A stretch of DNA of 64,000 bases from Phallusia mammillata (lineage: Eukaryota), in NCBI GenBank assembly GCA_965637545.1, contig OZ281494.1, forward strand, positions 3,596,001-3,660,000. The letters are read 5' to 3'. The notes under the pieces were generated by a model that was not told the origin of the DNA, searched no databases, and was given only the letters and a program-made list of their open reading frames with translations. Both the position numbers and the translations under genes were made by a program. Positions within the stretch are counted from its first letter, which is position 1. Every line of letters starts with the position of its first letter. Of the stretch, positions 36,188 through 48,418 are shown one piece after another.

Positions 36188-36792
36188 ATGGTAGGCTAAG
36201 TACCTTTGATTCTGACTTGAAATATAGCGAGCAAAATAGAGATTCAACCTTAGTAGTGAAACTGCTACAAAAATCGATTGTATTTGGAAAGAATGGAACT
36301 ATTTAAAAAAAGATTTCTTGTTTAAATAATTAGAATTATTAATTAAAAGCTGTTAATGTAAAGTTCTGAAAACTATTTTTTTGAAATAAGCTCAACAAAC
36401 TATTTTAAAATTTTGAAAGATCACGTTTGTTTTCGTTTCTTGTTGTTTAGGACGAGAAAAACGAATTGGAAAAATGCTATCTGGCTGGATGCAAAGTGTT
36501 TTCTATGGAACTTGTTTTTTGCATTTGTGTGTTTTATATTTTTGGTGAAGCTACATGCGGGATTTTTGTTCCATATTTCGTGATTATTTTGACCTCTACT
36601 CTCGGTGTAAATGTCTTGGACCAAATCTTCACACGTCGTGGATGGCAACATTTGTCAAAATATGGCCTGCATTTATTCACACTTATTGGTGGTGCCCCGG
36701 CCACAGCTCTGGCCATGAACAGCTATATCCGGCAAAACCAACGTAACGAGAGATATCAGAAAGTGTTCCTGGATTGTGCTTGTTTCTCGTAG
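36188..36792 (+). CDS. DUF1294-like protein, subfamily C, C-terminally truncated (about 114 aa; exons 36188-36190 and 36451-36792)
   Basis: catcaaATG|gtaggc; acceptor gtttag|GAC; LHLFTLIGGAPATALAM. The last TM helix present in the 644 paralog is replaced by a MITE fragment just after the stop. Confidence 0.6.
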
Positions 36793-37221
36793 TACAAGCA
36801 CGAACCCGAATCGTTTTTAAGAAGTCCGTTTAGGCCCGAAAGTTTGATTGACAAGCCTCTACATAAAAACGCACTAAACTGTACAGAATATAATTGAAAA
36901 AGGCGTTTTAGGGCTCGTGGGAACTAAGTGAAGTTCACCAACTAGCTACTTAGTTGGGTAACATTCTGAAAAAAAAACACTGAATTTAAAATCTGACCCC
37001 CAATCAAGTCCATTTGTTTAATAGTTTGTTTGTTTTTTCTTTAATTGACTGCAAATAAATATTTGGTTTTGTGTTAACGACATTATAATGTTAAAGATAC
37101 TCATGCTCACTGTTTAACCGCTTTTAGCTTTTGTTGTGGTTTTCATTAACAGCTTAGAAATTTAGTTTTTAATCTTCAAAAGTTTGTTTATGCTGTTGAC
37201 CTAAATGTAAACAAATTTAAA

Positions 37222-37903
37222 ATGGTAAGTAGAATTTATTCTGTAATTTTGGTGTCGAAAATCTAAATAGTTCGGAGCAATTACAAGTGGATTTCATAGC
37301 ATGTAAACATTGTAAAGGCTGTGCTTGAACAAAAAAATGTTTAAAACACACTCACCTACGAAGTGTTTTTGTTTCAACCACAGGATAACGAAATTTGTCT
37401 TTTACCTTTAGGATCAAGGCAATGGAAATTCAAATCACTTGATTTACGAACCACAAACGGCAACAACAATTTACTTAAAAGCTTGTCAAGGGGCAGGATT
37501 TATCATTTTTGTCATGGAAATTGCAATTTGTGTATTTATGCTTTGTGGTGTTGATGAAAATGCGTTTGGCTTATTCTTATATTTTGTTCTCATTTGGACC
37601 CTGACTCTTGCTTTAAACGCTTTTGATCTAGCATGCAATGACTCCCCCATGCGTATACCAGAAAATGTGCTGCATTTTTTCACGCTGATTGGTGGTGCTC
37701 CGGCTACAGCTTTAGCCATGAGCGATCCTATTCGACACAAACGCAGTAAAGTTTCCTATCAAAAAAAGTTTCTGGAACATGCAGGCATTGGGTGCTTTTG
37801 TCTGTTGACTTCTACCGCCCTACACTTTCTTATTACAAACTGGTTTAAGTTGTTAATTGTCTTATCAATGTGCCTTTTCAAACGCTACTACACAAATAAC
37901 TAG
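37222..37903 (+). CDS. DUF1294/YsdA-like membrane protein, subfamily B (about 164 aa; exons 37222-37224 and 37412-37903)
   Basis: aaaATG|gtaagt; acceptor cctttag|GAT; LNAFDLACNDSPMRIPENVLHFFTLIGGAPATALAMSDPIRHKRSK; AATAAA about 60 nt after the stop. Confidence 0.85.
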
Positions 37904-38359
37904 TAGTTACCAAGAACTGCTTATCAAGAAGAGTTAAGTAAAAGTATTGTCTAGTCTAGTTAATAAAAACCACACTTTTTTGCAGCTTGTCACTAAAGAT
38001 TTTCCTTTTTTGCATACTGTTCAGCTACATGTATGCGTATTTGCCCTTTAATAATTATAAAAAATAAATATGTTTCAAATCAAATCATATGAAGAAGTGT
38101 AAAACTATGTCAGATTTTGTTGTTACTTTCGTACAGTCAGATTTGTGGTCCATTTCACAGATTGATTGTCTTTGGGCAAAAACTTTCTCTTTATGGGTTA
38201 TAGGAACAGTTTTAGCAACACAACTGCTGGGTATGCCCCGTAATCAAAACAACATGTAGCTGTACAGAACAGAACCATAATGACATCTGCACGGTGTTGC
38301 CTCTGTAAAGGTTCAAATTACATCTCTCCAATTATTTTTTAGTGTTTAATGATTTTGCT

Positions 38360-38930
38360 GTCCTGGGTATTTTGCTACATTAACTGCATTCGTATAGGAG
38401 AAGGAAAACTCTGACTTCAAACCACCTACCTCGGTAAGAGTTCTGATCGGATCTGGAGGAAGAGGCCTCGACACAAGCTCCGGCGGAAGGAAACTGGGTC
38501 TCCCACCGCCCTTGTATACAATCATGATAGTACAACAAAAAGGATTTCGGCTGAACGGCGTAAATGGGTCTAAAGCGTCTGCTTACGCGCGGGGGTTCTC
38601 GCCCGGTAGGAGGCAGGTGAAAACGTGGTCCACCTCCGATCGTCATACAGCTACTGCCTTAAGCTTAAACAAGGAAATGTCAATCTGACTAGGAACTCTG
38701 GGAACTCTCAATCAGCTATCAGCAAGGGAGAATACGGAATACGATACAGGAAATTCGCAGAGTCAATATCAATATCTTGGGAGTCAGTGAAATAAGATGG
38801 ACGCAATCACGAAAGACGAAAATCGGTGACACCACCATCGTTCACTCGGGCCCGGTGGAAGATTATGTTCGAAAAGTCGGTTTGCTGCTTGACTCACAGG
38901 CAGCAGCTTTTACCTTGTGGCCTGGTCGTT
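38360..38930 (+). mobile_element. 5' fragment of an RTE-type non-LTR retrotransposon (5' UTR plus start of the AP endonuclease)
   Basis: Degenerate translation ...QEIRRVNINILGVSEIRWTQSRKTKIGDTTIVHSG...VGLLLDSQAA matches the APE N-terminus (LGVSEVRW motif). The upstream ggagaaggaaaactctga..tcaaacc is typical of RTE 5' UTRs. Confidence 0.7.
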
Positions 38931-38949
38931 GCCAAAACACACATAATAA

Positions 38950-39760
38950 CTTTTATCTACTGAAGAAATATAACCTACGGTCAATAATTGACATTTTCTG
39001 TTGCAACAAACTGTCTTATCCTTTTGCTAACACGTCCAGTTTCGCGTAAGGTCATACGTATATTTTATCTGTTATGCTCACAAAAGACCTCTAATTTGAT
39101 ACAAGCTAATCTGACCTTCTATAGTTACCATTTAAGGTTACCATTGTGGCAGATGGTTAACCCCTACGTGGGTTGTCGTAATTATTATTACGACTGAGGT
39201 ATCATCACCATTATCATTAAAACGTCAATGAACTACCAATGTGAACATATGCACGAACTGGGATCAGCCATGAAGAGTTCATGCAGACCTGCGATCACGG
39301 CATATTTGTAAATCAAAGCGAGTCAGTCCCATTAAAGTCTGTCCCATTAAAGGAAAAAATCTTGATTCTTTATGGCGTCTCCAACAGGCCTGGCATAGTA
39401 TTAAACGTCAATAAAAGGATAAAAATTTGCCATGTACTGTATTTTTACCACGTGTTTTTGTGAGGACGCTTCAACGAGATTAACCAACATTTTGTGTTTA
39501 ATTTGTAAATAAAGGCTTACATTAACTAGAAGCAGGTTTTAAAAAGTAACTAGAAGAAAATAAAACATTTAAAACAAAACACATTTTTGGCAGTGACTGT
39601 CTTACATTGTTGCAAGAATCCTATTAAAACGTCACATGATGAACTAATTGTACGTCACACCTACGCATGTTAATGTGTAAGAGCAGTGCACAACTCTTAA
39701 CTGGACCTAAACTTTAAAAGGTCGTTGCATTAGTAATGAATCTTTTGTGTTCCCGTAAGG
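38950..39760. repeat. Unclassified interspersed repeat, diverged copy at about 54130-54920
   Basis: Colinear similarity (e.g. aactttta tctactgaag..., atgcagacctgcgatcacg, ctattaaaacgtcacatgatgaactaattgta). Confidence 0.7.
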
Positions 39761-40101
39761 TGAGGCTCAGTTGCAGAGCTCTTGTCTTCTAGCTGTAGTT
39801 CGTGTTAGGTAGTATCATTCTTTTCTTTCCATTTCAATGTTCTTGCTCTATTAGACGTTATTTCAAAAAAGATCTTGTCTTATAAAACAAATTTAAAATC
39901 GTTTATATTTTCTGCATTCTTCGTCAGAAAAATAAAATACGTAAGAAAAAAAAGTATTTTAAACTTATAGTTTTTTGAAATGTACACTGATTGCAGAACA
40001 TTGATGTGTTTTAACAGTGCGTTTGGCAACCACGACCCGACGAAAGAAATCCCCTCCTATTGATAACATGAAAACATAACATTTACGTAACATTTTACTT
40101 T

Positions 40102-40346
40102 ATGGCGAACTATCACTATGAACTGGTGGAAAACAAAAATCACGACAAGAAAGACTTACTTTGGTGTCGCTTCTGTTTGGGTGGATTGACATTTGTTTTA
40201 GAAGTTGCAGCATGTATTTTGCTTTATTTCTATACTTTGCACATTTCCAGTCTTGGTTTACCAAATATACCTACAAAGTAGATTTCATTTACGCTTCTGT
40301 GTTACTCGTGGTTGTTTTGGTTGTTGTGAAAACCACTGTCAAATAA
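40102..40346 (+). pseudogene. Internally deleted DUF1294-like pseudogene, subfamily D
   Basis: MANYHYELVENKNHDKKDLLWCRFCLGGLTFVLEVAAC is joined at about 40260 directly to the KYTYK C-terminal segment in another frame; the whole DK-RIPE-GGAPA core is deleted. Confidence 0.8.
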
Positions 40347-41653
40347 GCTCCTGACGTAGCAGTGGTTACTTTCGTGGATGCATTACTTGTAAATAATAAA
40401 TATACTTTGTTGCGCGGTGTTAATAGAAAATTATAAGAAACTTTCTTAAATCGATTTTGCATCTTAAATCGATTTTGCATCAACCCTAAAAGAGCAAGAG
40501 CATGTCTAAACATTATTTTTGTCAAATAAAATCGGCAGTTAAGGGTTAATTTAAAGCACAACTGAAACCAAATAACACAAAAAAACGGGAGTGGAGGAGT
40601 AAAGCGTATCGAAAACAACAAGTCAATTAAGCGATAAGCTGAGAGGGAAAATCCCGTCAACGAAACTATAGTTTCCCCATGTCACGCGACAAAACAAAAA
40701 AAATGCATTTTTTATCTCAAAACCAGTGTTACGTTAATCGTTGCTCGTGCTTTTTGAATCCACGTTAACACAATACTATTGCATGGACGGGTTCGAGCCC
40801 GTGTTGAGGTTGATACGGGTAAAGCTGCAGAGGGTATGAAACCGGAAAAGCCCCAAGCTCGCAAAAAGTTTCCGTTGCTGTTGAGAAGGCAACCAAGGCA
40901 ACTTCCCAAACCGAAATATGCGGGCAAGGTATAAACATGATTACATCGATGCTTAGGAACAAAATTTAGTTTTAAAGTAATTCAAAGCACTGTACAGTAC
41001 TTCTCGTTGCATACACCATATACCTATTCCTTTTTATTCATCGTCGACATAGGTCATGGCTTAGTTAAATGCGTTTACGTAGTGTTGCTACCAATATTAT
41101 ACCCAACTCTATTTGTTCGGGCTAACAACCGTTAAATGAGATTTGATTGGTCCAGTAAACTTGAATAACAGCGTAGCTATTGAAATTTGGCGCACCTGTT
41201 GTTTTAAGGGGAGGGGTATGACTACAGAACAGTTTCGGTTTAGTCGATGGAAAACAAGTGAAAAACAGTTTGTAGAAGAGGAGCCACGGAAAGGTTCAAG
41301 GTAAAACAAGTAACGAGGCTAGTCTTAAAAGTTGGATTGATTTTATTGTAAACAAGCAGGCAATTTTTATGTTTGTGATACAGGGTTAAATTCCTCTGTT
41401 TCAGTCTGACTCTTTCAATATTCACTCAATGTTAAACGGTCGGAAAGTAAATTTTCAGTTTCCGATTATATACCTGTTGGACTCGTTTGCCAGTAAATTT
41501 GAAATCCAAGCGTGTCGGCGGGCCGCACAACCTTTATTCAAGGTCTGCAGGTTGCACACCCCTGCCTTATAGTAAGTTGTAAAAAAATTCTTGAGGCAAA
41601 ACCTAAACATATTCCCTTTTTTATTGTTTTAGGATCGTGACATTTCAAACGAG

Positions 41654-42115
41654 ATGCGTCCACAAGCTACCAACGCAAGCTATGCAAACGCTTGCAATAG
41701 AGCTGCATGCAAAGTATTTTTTGCTGAGTTTCTCTTTTTATTGTTTAAGTGTTGTGCAGTTGGTTTTGCTGAAGGTGCCGAATTCCTTGTTTTTTTCGTT
41801 CGTCTTTGGTTCTTTACTTTGATTTTAAATATCTTGGATCAAATTCTCGCATGTACTGGCTTTTGCCGTCGTATACCCGAAGGTGTGTTGCACTTTTTCA
41901 CAGTGGTAGGTGGTGCCCCGGCCACAGCGATAGCTATGAATGATTTCTTCACCAGACATAACCGCAATAGTGTGGCTTATCAGAAAGTTTTTATTGACCG
42001 TGCAAACAAATGTTGCTCGTATCTGGTGTTTAAGGCAGTTATTTTATATTTCTTCAAAAAACACATTGAAAACTGTTTCCTAAAAGCCATTGAATTGATT
42101 TTCAATAACCACTAA
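41654..42115 (+). CDS. DUF1294/YsdA-like membrane protein (153 aa from the internal ATG; acceptor at 41632/41633, first exon not found)
   Basis: LNILDQILACTGFCRRIPEGVLHFFTVVGGAPATAIAMNDFFTRHNRNS. The frame is open from ttttag|GAT. No ATG|GT was found in the upstream module, which ends in a MITE terminus. Confidence 0.7.
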   Translation: MRPQATNASYANACNRAACKVFFAEFLFLLFKCCAVGFAEGAEFLVFFVRLWFFTLILNILDQILACTGFCRRIPEGVLHFFTVVGGAPATAIAMNDFFTRHNRNSVAYQKVFIDRANKCCSYLVFKAVILYFFKKHIENCFLKAIELIFNNH

Positions 42116-42304
42116 GGATAAAATGTGTACTCGGTACATACCAAAAATTTTTGTAGTTTGGCATCCGTACTTTGTGCACGATATACTTTATTGTACATAT
42201 TATCAACTGTATTTGCAACAAAACTGAATTATGTAGTACGAAAAGATTCGACAAATTATACGAATCGATGCTTCGTTAGTAAAAATATACAATATCGAGT
42301 TGGG

Positions 42305-42657
42305 TAGGCCTACCATACGTCCTCTTTTTTGAGGACATGTCCTCCTTTTTAACAAAAACCATGTCCTCCGAAGACAAGAAAAGTGCTCAAATGTCCTCTT
42401 TTCGAAGAATTTTTGATTTACCAAATACGTATGTGACAATTATGCCTTACAGCCAAATATCACCTTATTTTTTTGAAGAATTTAACATTTTTTTGAAATA
42501 TGTGATAAACGTTAAACTTTATGAAAACTGTTCTATCCCGTCTAATTTGGAAGGCTTTTATTTTAAGGGTGCCCTTAAAATATTTTTTCCTATTTTCTTT
42601 CAACAATGTGTCCTAAATGTGTCCTCCTTTTTTGGGAATGAAGATATGGTAGGCTAA
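42305..42657. mobile_element. MITE with TAGGCCTACCATA termini, 8-bp TSD gagttggg/gagttgtg (hAT-like)
   Basis: Terminal inverted repeats and a 7/8 TSD match; inverted full copy at 60783-61145. Confidence 0.8.
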
Positions 42658-42932
42658 GAGTTGTGTAACCTTCACAGATGTCGCAAACAATTTTCACGAT
42701 CTTTCAGCTGTAAAATGTAGTAGTTTTGTAATTGTTTTAAAAGACAAAATGCTTTAGTTGAAAATCGACCAACAATGTAATGCTTGCGGTACGACTAAGC
42801 TCTGGCCGTGCAAAGTTCTTTCGGCAGCTCTAAAATACAAGAAAATGCAAAACCATTCAGGCGTATAAAGTGTAGAGGTTGTGACAAGCGAGGGATAGTC
42901 CCGTCATCGAAACAACAGTTTTGCCGTTTGAC

Positions 42933-44667
42933 CATAGTATACTAACATGGTAGTCCAGCTATTGTTACCGTCACGCTTGATTAACTCTGCACGCTTATCG
43001 GATGGTTGCATGGAGTTGGGTGCTTTAAGAGCAGGAAAATGACAAAACTGAGCGTGCGTGGTCGGTTTTATATCTACCATGTGTAATATTACTACGTTTG
43101 GTTGAAATTGTGCTGTTGGGGAGAATTTACTGAGTTTTTTGCCTTTTAGTCCTTTTTTAAACGCGTTGAAGTGATTTTAGCGTGCTTTTACCTAACATAT
43201 TCAAGGGTGCATCAGCTTGTTACTGAGTAAGTTAAAGTCTGGTGAAAATTGAACTTTGCCAAACTGACTGCATTTTTAATGAACTGATATTTAACGACTT
43301 TGACCCCGACCAGGAACTCGATTCGGACAGACGAAAAGTCAAGCTTAAACGAAGACCATATTTTTTTCCAAAGTTACTCATTTCAAACTGTCAACAAGCG
43401 GCTGATTTTTCACAAAAGAACTGATTAGATGAGAAACTAAGCAAAAGAGTGCTGTGAAGCAAAAAGTTTATTTGAAAAAAATTCAAGGTACAAAAACAAT
43501 TGCTAGACATCATAAACAATAAAACAGTTAAATGCTGTGATAAGTAACATGGAGTTTAGAGTATTTAAAGGTGATGTTTTGTTCAAGGCAAAAAACAATT
43601 TTACAAAAGTAAGCAAAATTGTTAGCAAGTTGCCCACCATGCACTTACAGCAGGGCAAGCTGATTTCTTCAATGGAGCAAAGCCCTGGAGGTCTCACTTA
43701 TTCTTCATCAGAGTTACTGCAACTTTTACAAAGTGTGTACCTGAAATGCTTGAGAAAGAGTTGTTGGCCAACCAACAAGCTAGACTTTTTTGTGTATTCC
43801 AAAAGTTTTTCCATGATCTTTATTATGAAAGTTTCTAAAATAGGACATGTGATATTCTGGAAGTTGATGTGGATAAAGAGAAAGTACTCAATAGGTTTTA
43901 ATACTCGTGGATTTATTTATTTGTGTCTTGTCGTTCACGTTTGCCGAAAAGCTCTTTTCTAAAATGTTCCAAAGGTCTACCAAGGAAACCAAAAAAATGG
44001 GCTCTGAAAAATATATCAAAATAAAACTGTCAAAAGTGTCTGTACTTTTTGCACAATGTGCTTCTTTTTTCAAATTACAAAAAATGATGCCTCACCAAAA
44101 TCTGTTCAATACCACAAATGGGTATAAACCACAGAAAACAACTGATTTTTAATGCCTAATTAAGCAACTGCTGGGGAACCAAAGTGATGGCAATATGATT
44201 AATAAGCCAATAGATAGAGGATAAGTAATCTGCAAATACTGCTCGCTGTTTTGACAAGGTCTCATCAGTGCACCTGATGACAAGACACAGGCCATGTTGG
44301 CTAGTGTAGTAACATGCTGAAAAACCTTGACTCGCCAATTCGGATCATTGCCTCAATTTTAAAGCAATTTCTACAAGAAGATGCCTGTCTATAAGTTTTT
44401 AAAAATACACTTCAAAGAGTTCATACAATTTAAAGCTAAAAACGTTTTAATAGCTCTACATACATTAAACAATAAACCCAATAACTAAAAAACTTCAAAA
44501 CGGACACGGATTTGTCGCCAGCGGCCTTTAAAAACTAGCTGTTTACCACGTACCTCATACAAAACTTCAGGCGACGTGCAGTGTTAGTCATGCGTAACCG
44601 AAATGCGCAGGATAATAAAAGAAACGAGAGGAAAAGAGGAGCTGGACTACCATGTTAGTATACTATG
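42933..44667 (+). mobile_element. Defective P-superfamily-like DNA transposon: 28-bp perfect TIR CATAGTATACTAACATGGTAGTCCAGCT, 7-bp TSD gtttgac
   Basis: TIRs and TSD (42926-42932 and 44668-44674) read directly; inserted in module M. The internal ORF 43537-43962 (GDVLFKAKNNF.K.SK.VS.L...GGLTYSSSELLQLL) resembles the C-terminal region of P/THAP9-type transposases (by-eye similarity only). Confidence 0.7.
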
Positions 44668-45979
44668 GTTTGACATTGCAAATATTACTTTTTACACGAT
44701 ATGGTTTTGAGGACCTAAAACAATACAATCAACTATTTTGTTATCAGGTTTAGAGGTGTTCCGGTTAACAACAGTTCCTCTGCACTGCCCTCTTGCGGAA
44801 TGCAGGTTCAATATTTTCTGTGCAAAATAATAATATCTATGTTGCTCCATCTAGTGTGTTACCACAGCTAGTTTGTGTGTAAGGCCACATCTAATGTTGC
44901 TCATGTGGTCCTCAGTGTTCTCAGGAAGTTCGTGTGTTTGTCAAGACACATGCAAATCAATGCTGCGTATAAAATGGTGTGTGGTCACAGCGTGCACATC
45001 TAACGTCTTATAGTTGTCATCAGTGTACTCAGGGGGCTTTTGTGTATGTCCCGACACATTGAAAAACACAAAGAAACTTTTTGTTTAAATCTGTGAATAT
45101 ATAACTACATTACGCGGCGCGTTTTTTCGATGATGTATCTTAATGCATCACGACACGTGACTTACTAAATCGTCACTTCCTTGACGTTAAACAACACCAT
45201 AGTGCAGAGGTATAAACGTTTGGAGCACTGAATGGGTTTATTGGTGTTAATGGCTTCCAACACAACTGACAGCGAAAAATAATAAAAATCATCGAATAGT
45301 AACACTTGGTTGGCAAGACAGTCAGACGTGACAAAATCTTGAAACCTGTCGGCGTTTACAAAAGTTTGTCTATGTGAGTTATGGCGACAAAACAATCTCC
45401 TCCATTTTTTTCCATCCATTAGAAAATCGCTGAAGCGCAAACTGTTTTCATTGTAAACATACCAGCTTTTTGTATTGACGTAGAATCAAAACAAACGTCA
45501 CCAAAACTTCAGTGTGTCCATGATGGTCTTATCAATGGTATATTTCACCAAGATCTCAGTCTTCAATATCAAATCTTCAAGGTACGTTCGTAATTGTAAT
45601 GTAATAGTTTAAAAGTTTTATTGTTTGTGGGCATTGTTGGAAAAGAAAAAATCTCTCAGCTTCGTCGATGACGGGTTTTTAACAATTATTTGTTTCCAGT
45701 TCTATCTAATTTTTCCAGTTTGTAACGATCTTTAAATTTCATCAATAACGTTCATGATCATGCCAGACAAGGTTTAAATCATATGTTACATCTTTGTTTT
45801 ACTCGATTGTTTTGATTCTTTTAGTGGACTTTTATATTACAACCACTTAAGCATATGATAACGACTTTTTTGTTTTTTTTACGAATTTCATTCCAGAGCA
45901 TAAAAAAATTGCGTTCCTGGAAAAAAAATCAATTCTAATTTGATTTCTTTGCACTTTCAGAACACACAAAACATTTATC

Positions 45980-46559
45980 ATGGTAAGTGGCATAGATTAA
46001 ACGTAGCCCATAATCCTCCTTTACTAATTAGTAAACTTTAGATCATCAGTAAATTTTGAATGAATTTCCATCAAATACATATAATTTATAGTCACCTATA
46101 TTTTAGGCGAACCATCACCACCAGCAACTGTTGGAAAACAAAAATCACGACAAAGAAGATTTGCTTTGCTGGTGTTACTTTTTGGGTGCAGTAACATTTG
46201 TGTTGGTGGTTGTTACTTGTTGTTTGCTGTATTTCTGTAATTTGCAAATTTCCAGTTTAAGTTTGGCTGCTTATTTTGTAATTATTATATTATTGACTCT
46301 AATTGTCAACGTTACTGACAAGGGCATTGCTAAAGAAGAATGTTGTGACTGCTGTTGGCGAGTGCCAGAAAAAGTGCTGCACTTTTTCACACTGATTGGT
46401 GGAGCGCCTGCAACAGCACTTGCAATGAGTGATTGTTGTATTAGACATAAACGCAGCAAATATACCTACAAAAAGAATTTTATTTCTGTTGCTGCATTGC
46501 TTGATACCCTTTTGCTTGCTATTTGTATTTACTTGGCGCACACTATTGCTGTAAAATAA
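45980..46559 (+). CDS. DUF1294/YsdA-like membrane protein, subfamily D (about 151 aa; exons 45980-45982 and 46107-46559)
   Basis: ttatcATG|gtaagt; acceptor ttttag|GCG; VNVTDKGIAKEECCDCCWRVPEKVLHFFTLIGGAPATALAMSDCCIRHKRSK; AATAAA about 45 nt after the stop. Confidence 0.85.
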
Positions 46560-47737
46560 GTTTCTGATGCAGTTATGAAAATTATTGAGTTCGTTATTAC
46601 TTGTAAATAAAAAGTACTTTGTAGTGAGGTGATAATTCAAGTTGCAAAACAAATACAGTGACACAAAGAAAAACTACGTCACAAACGATGAGAGTGAAAG
46701 AAAGAACGCGTTTAAGAAACGATCAAGTCAGTGAGAAAGGCTGCTACAACCTGGTGAGTTTCTGATACCAGCTGCAATCAGCTTATAAAGATCGACATTT
46801 CTATAAATCCATTGGATGCAACCAATTAATCCTCAGTTATTTTTTACACTCTTTAAATTGCACCCCACAACATGTAGGCAATGTTAGACGATCTTTGTCC
46901 GCTGCTGGCAAATTCAGTCAGGCGTTAAATTTAGGGGGAAATCCCGTACACGAAACTATAGTTTCCCTCTGTATCGTGACAAAAAAATGGTAATTTTGTT
47001 CACAAAACACTGCGCTACGTGGCTTGTTTTATTCGAATATGTTAACTACAGCATAAAAGTGAATCCACTTTAACATAATGCCACTGCTTGTGTTTAAGTG
47101 GTATTTATTTCGCTTGCTGAAAAAAAAATCGTCAACAATGCGCAACCTTAGAATCTGTACGATCGCTCACTGATCAACCACTGATTACGTATGAGATAAA
47201 ATTAAATTGATCCAAGGCGATTTTGTTGACCTGTTAACGCGGCTGCCAATTTGAAGCCGAAAAACATTTTTGAAAAAGAGGGTTTCGGGATTATACTTTA
47301 CGTTTCGGGCCAGATTTCAACTCTGTAACCACAATCCTGTAATCATATATGGATATATATGGATATATACCCTTACAATTGCACGCACACAACGCCGTTA
47401 CGCGATGGAAGCACCAACAGGTCGGGATGAAAGTTAAAGCTGAAGATTGCATGAAAACAGGGAAAGTCCCAAGCCAGCAACAACAGTTTTGCTCTATGAC
47501 GTGCTGTTAGCATAAAGAACCAAGGCAATCACCAGCAAAGAAATATGTGGGCTAGGTACAAACATGATTACATCGATATTTGGGACGCAAAAAGTATCGA
47601 ATTAATTTAAAGCATTACACTGCTCGTTTCTCATTGCCCTACTAAATCTGGCGATCCCCTACTACGAAGCTGACATGTGCTGCATACGAGGCAGGCAACG
47701 GTGCTTGTGATTTGACTTTCGGCGAAATCTCTACTGA

Positions 47738-47770
47738 GCCTGCATAGCTCAGTTGGTAGAGCGAGAGTCC
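47738..47770 (+). other. tRNA 5'-half-like fragment (probable SINE head or tRNA relic)
   Basis: gcctgcaTAGCTCAGTTGGTAGAGCg matches a Pol III A-box/D-arm; no T-arm, B-box or acceptor-stem partner follows. Confidence 0.4.
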
Positions 47771-48418
47771 TGGAATGCTTCTTAGTTTTTAACGCCATGC
47801 ACAGAACCAAAATGCAAATACAATACTTATTTTAGATTTTCTTCATGAATCTTATCTCCAGCCAATACCGATGAAGGATTACGTTAATACTGATTGTACA
47901 AGGAAAACTGACTTCCAAGCATCAGTGTATGAAAACTAAAATCATATGTAGTGTTAACTGTAAAGTTTGTTTCGTAAACTCGTTGCAAATTTTCGATCTC
48001 AGGTCGAACATGTTGACCACTTGATGATAGTAGAGAACCCTGAAAAATGTTTTTAATTTTATTTTGAAATTTCACTTGTGGTAAAATTCAAACTTCTAAT
48101 TTTTCACCACAATGATCAAAAGACAAGGAAAACAGACCTTAAAGCACCAGGTTATGAAAACTAACCGCAAAGAGTGTAATATAATCAAAACGAAGGATTT
48201 ATTCAAGACATACAATAAAAAAATACTTGAGTCGATGAAACGTACATTTTAGAACATTTATTGAAATTTAATTCGATGAGTGGCATAGCTTTTTGATTAT
48301 TTTTATGTGTTGCTATGTAACAATACACAATGCAAATTCATACGTTCCAAGAACTTGTACAAATTGAAGTTGTTAGAAAAAGCACAGACACTGTCTTACA
48401 TCTCTATTAAAATTTTCT

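Noticed and set aside
38950-39760. Reverse transcriptase remnant in the 38950/54130 repeat (minus-strand GDDTSVV)
   Set aside because: A single weak motif, not preserved in the second copy; left as an unclassified repeat.
1043-46106. Conserved AG acceptors upstream of DUF1294 exons interpreted as SL trans-splice sites
   Set aside because: Most exons have no in-frame ATG after the acceptor, and conserved cis ATG|GT donors exist upstream.
767-46664. Antisense ORFs containing AVAGAPPISVK (767, 4871, 8031, 9382, 14998, 20070, 32523, 36534, 37486, 46271, 46299)
   Set aside because: They are reverse-strand shadows of the conserved DUF1294 codons, with inconsistent starts and stops among paralogs.
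10455-46940. Recurrent motif aggcgttaaacgtaggctcgtagggg... considered as a CRISPR-like or regularly spaced repeat
   Set aside because: Copies are kilobases apart and the intervening sequence is homologous (module M), not unique spacers; no cas genes; eukaryotic context.
47738-47770. Functional tRNA gene
   Set aside because: Only the A-box/D-arm half is present; no anticodon/T arm or B box.
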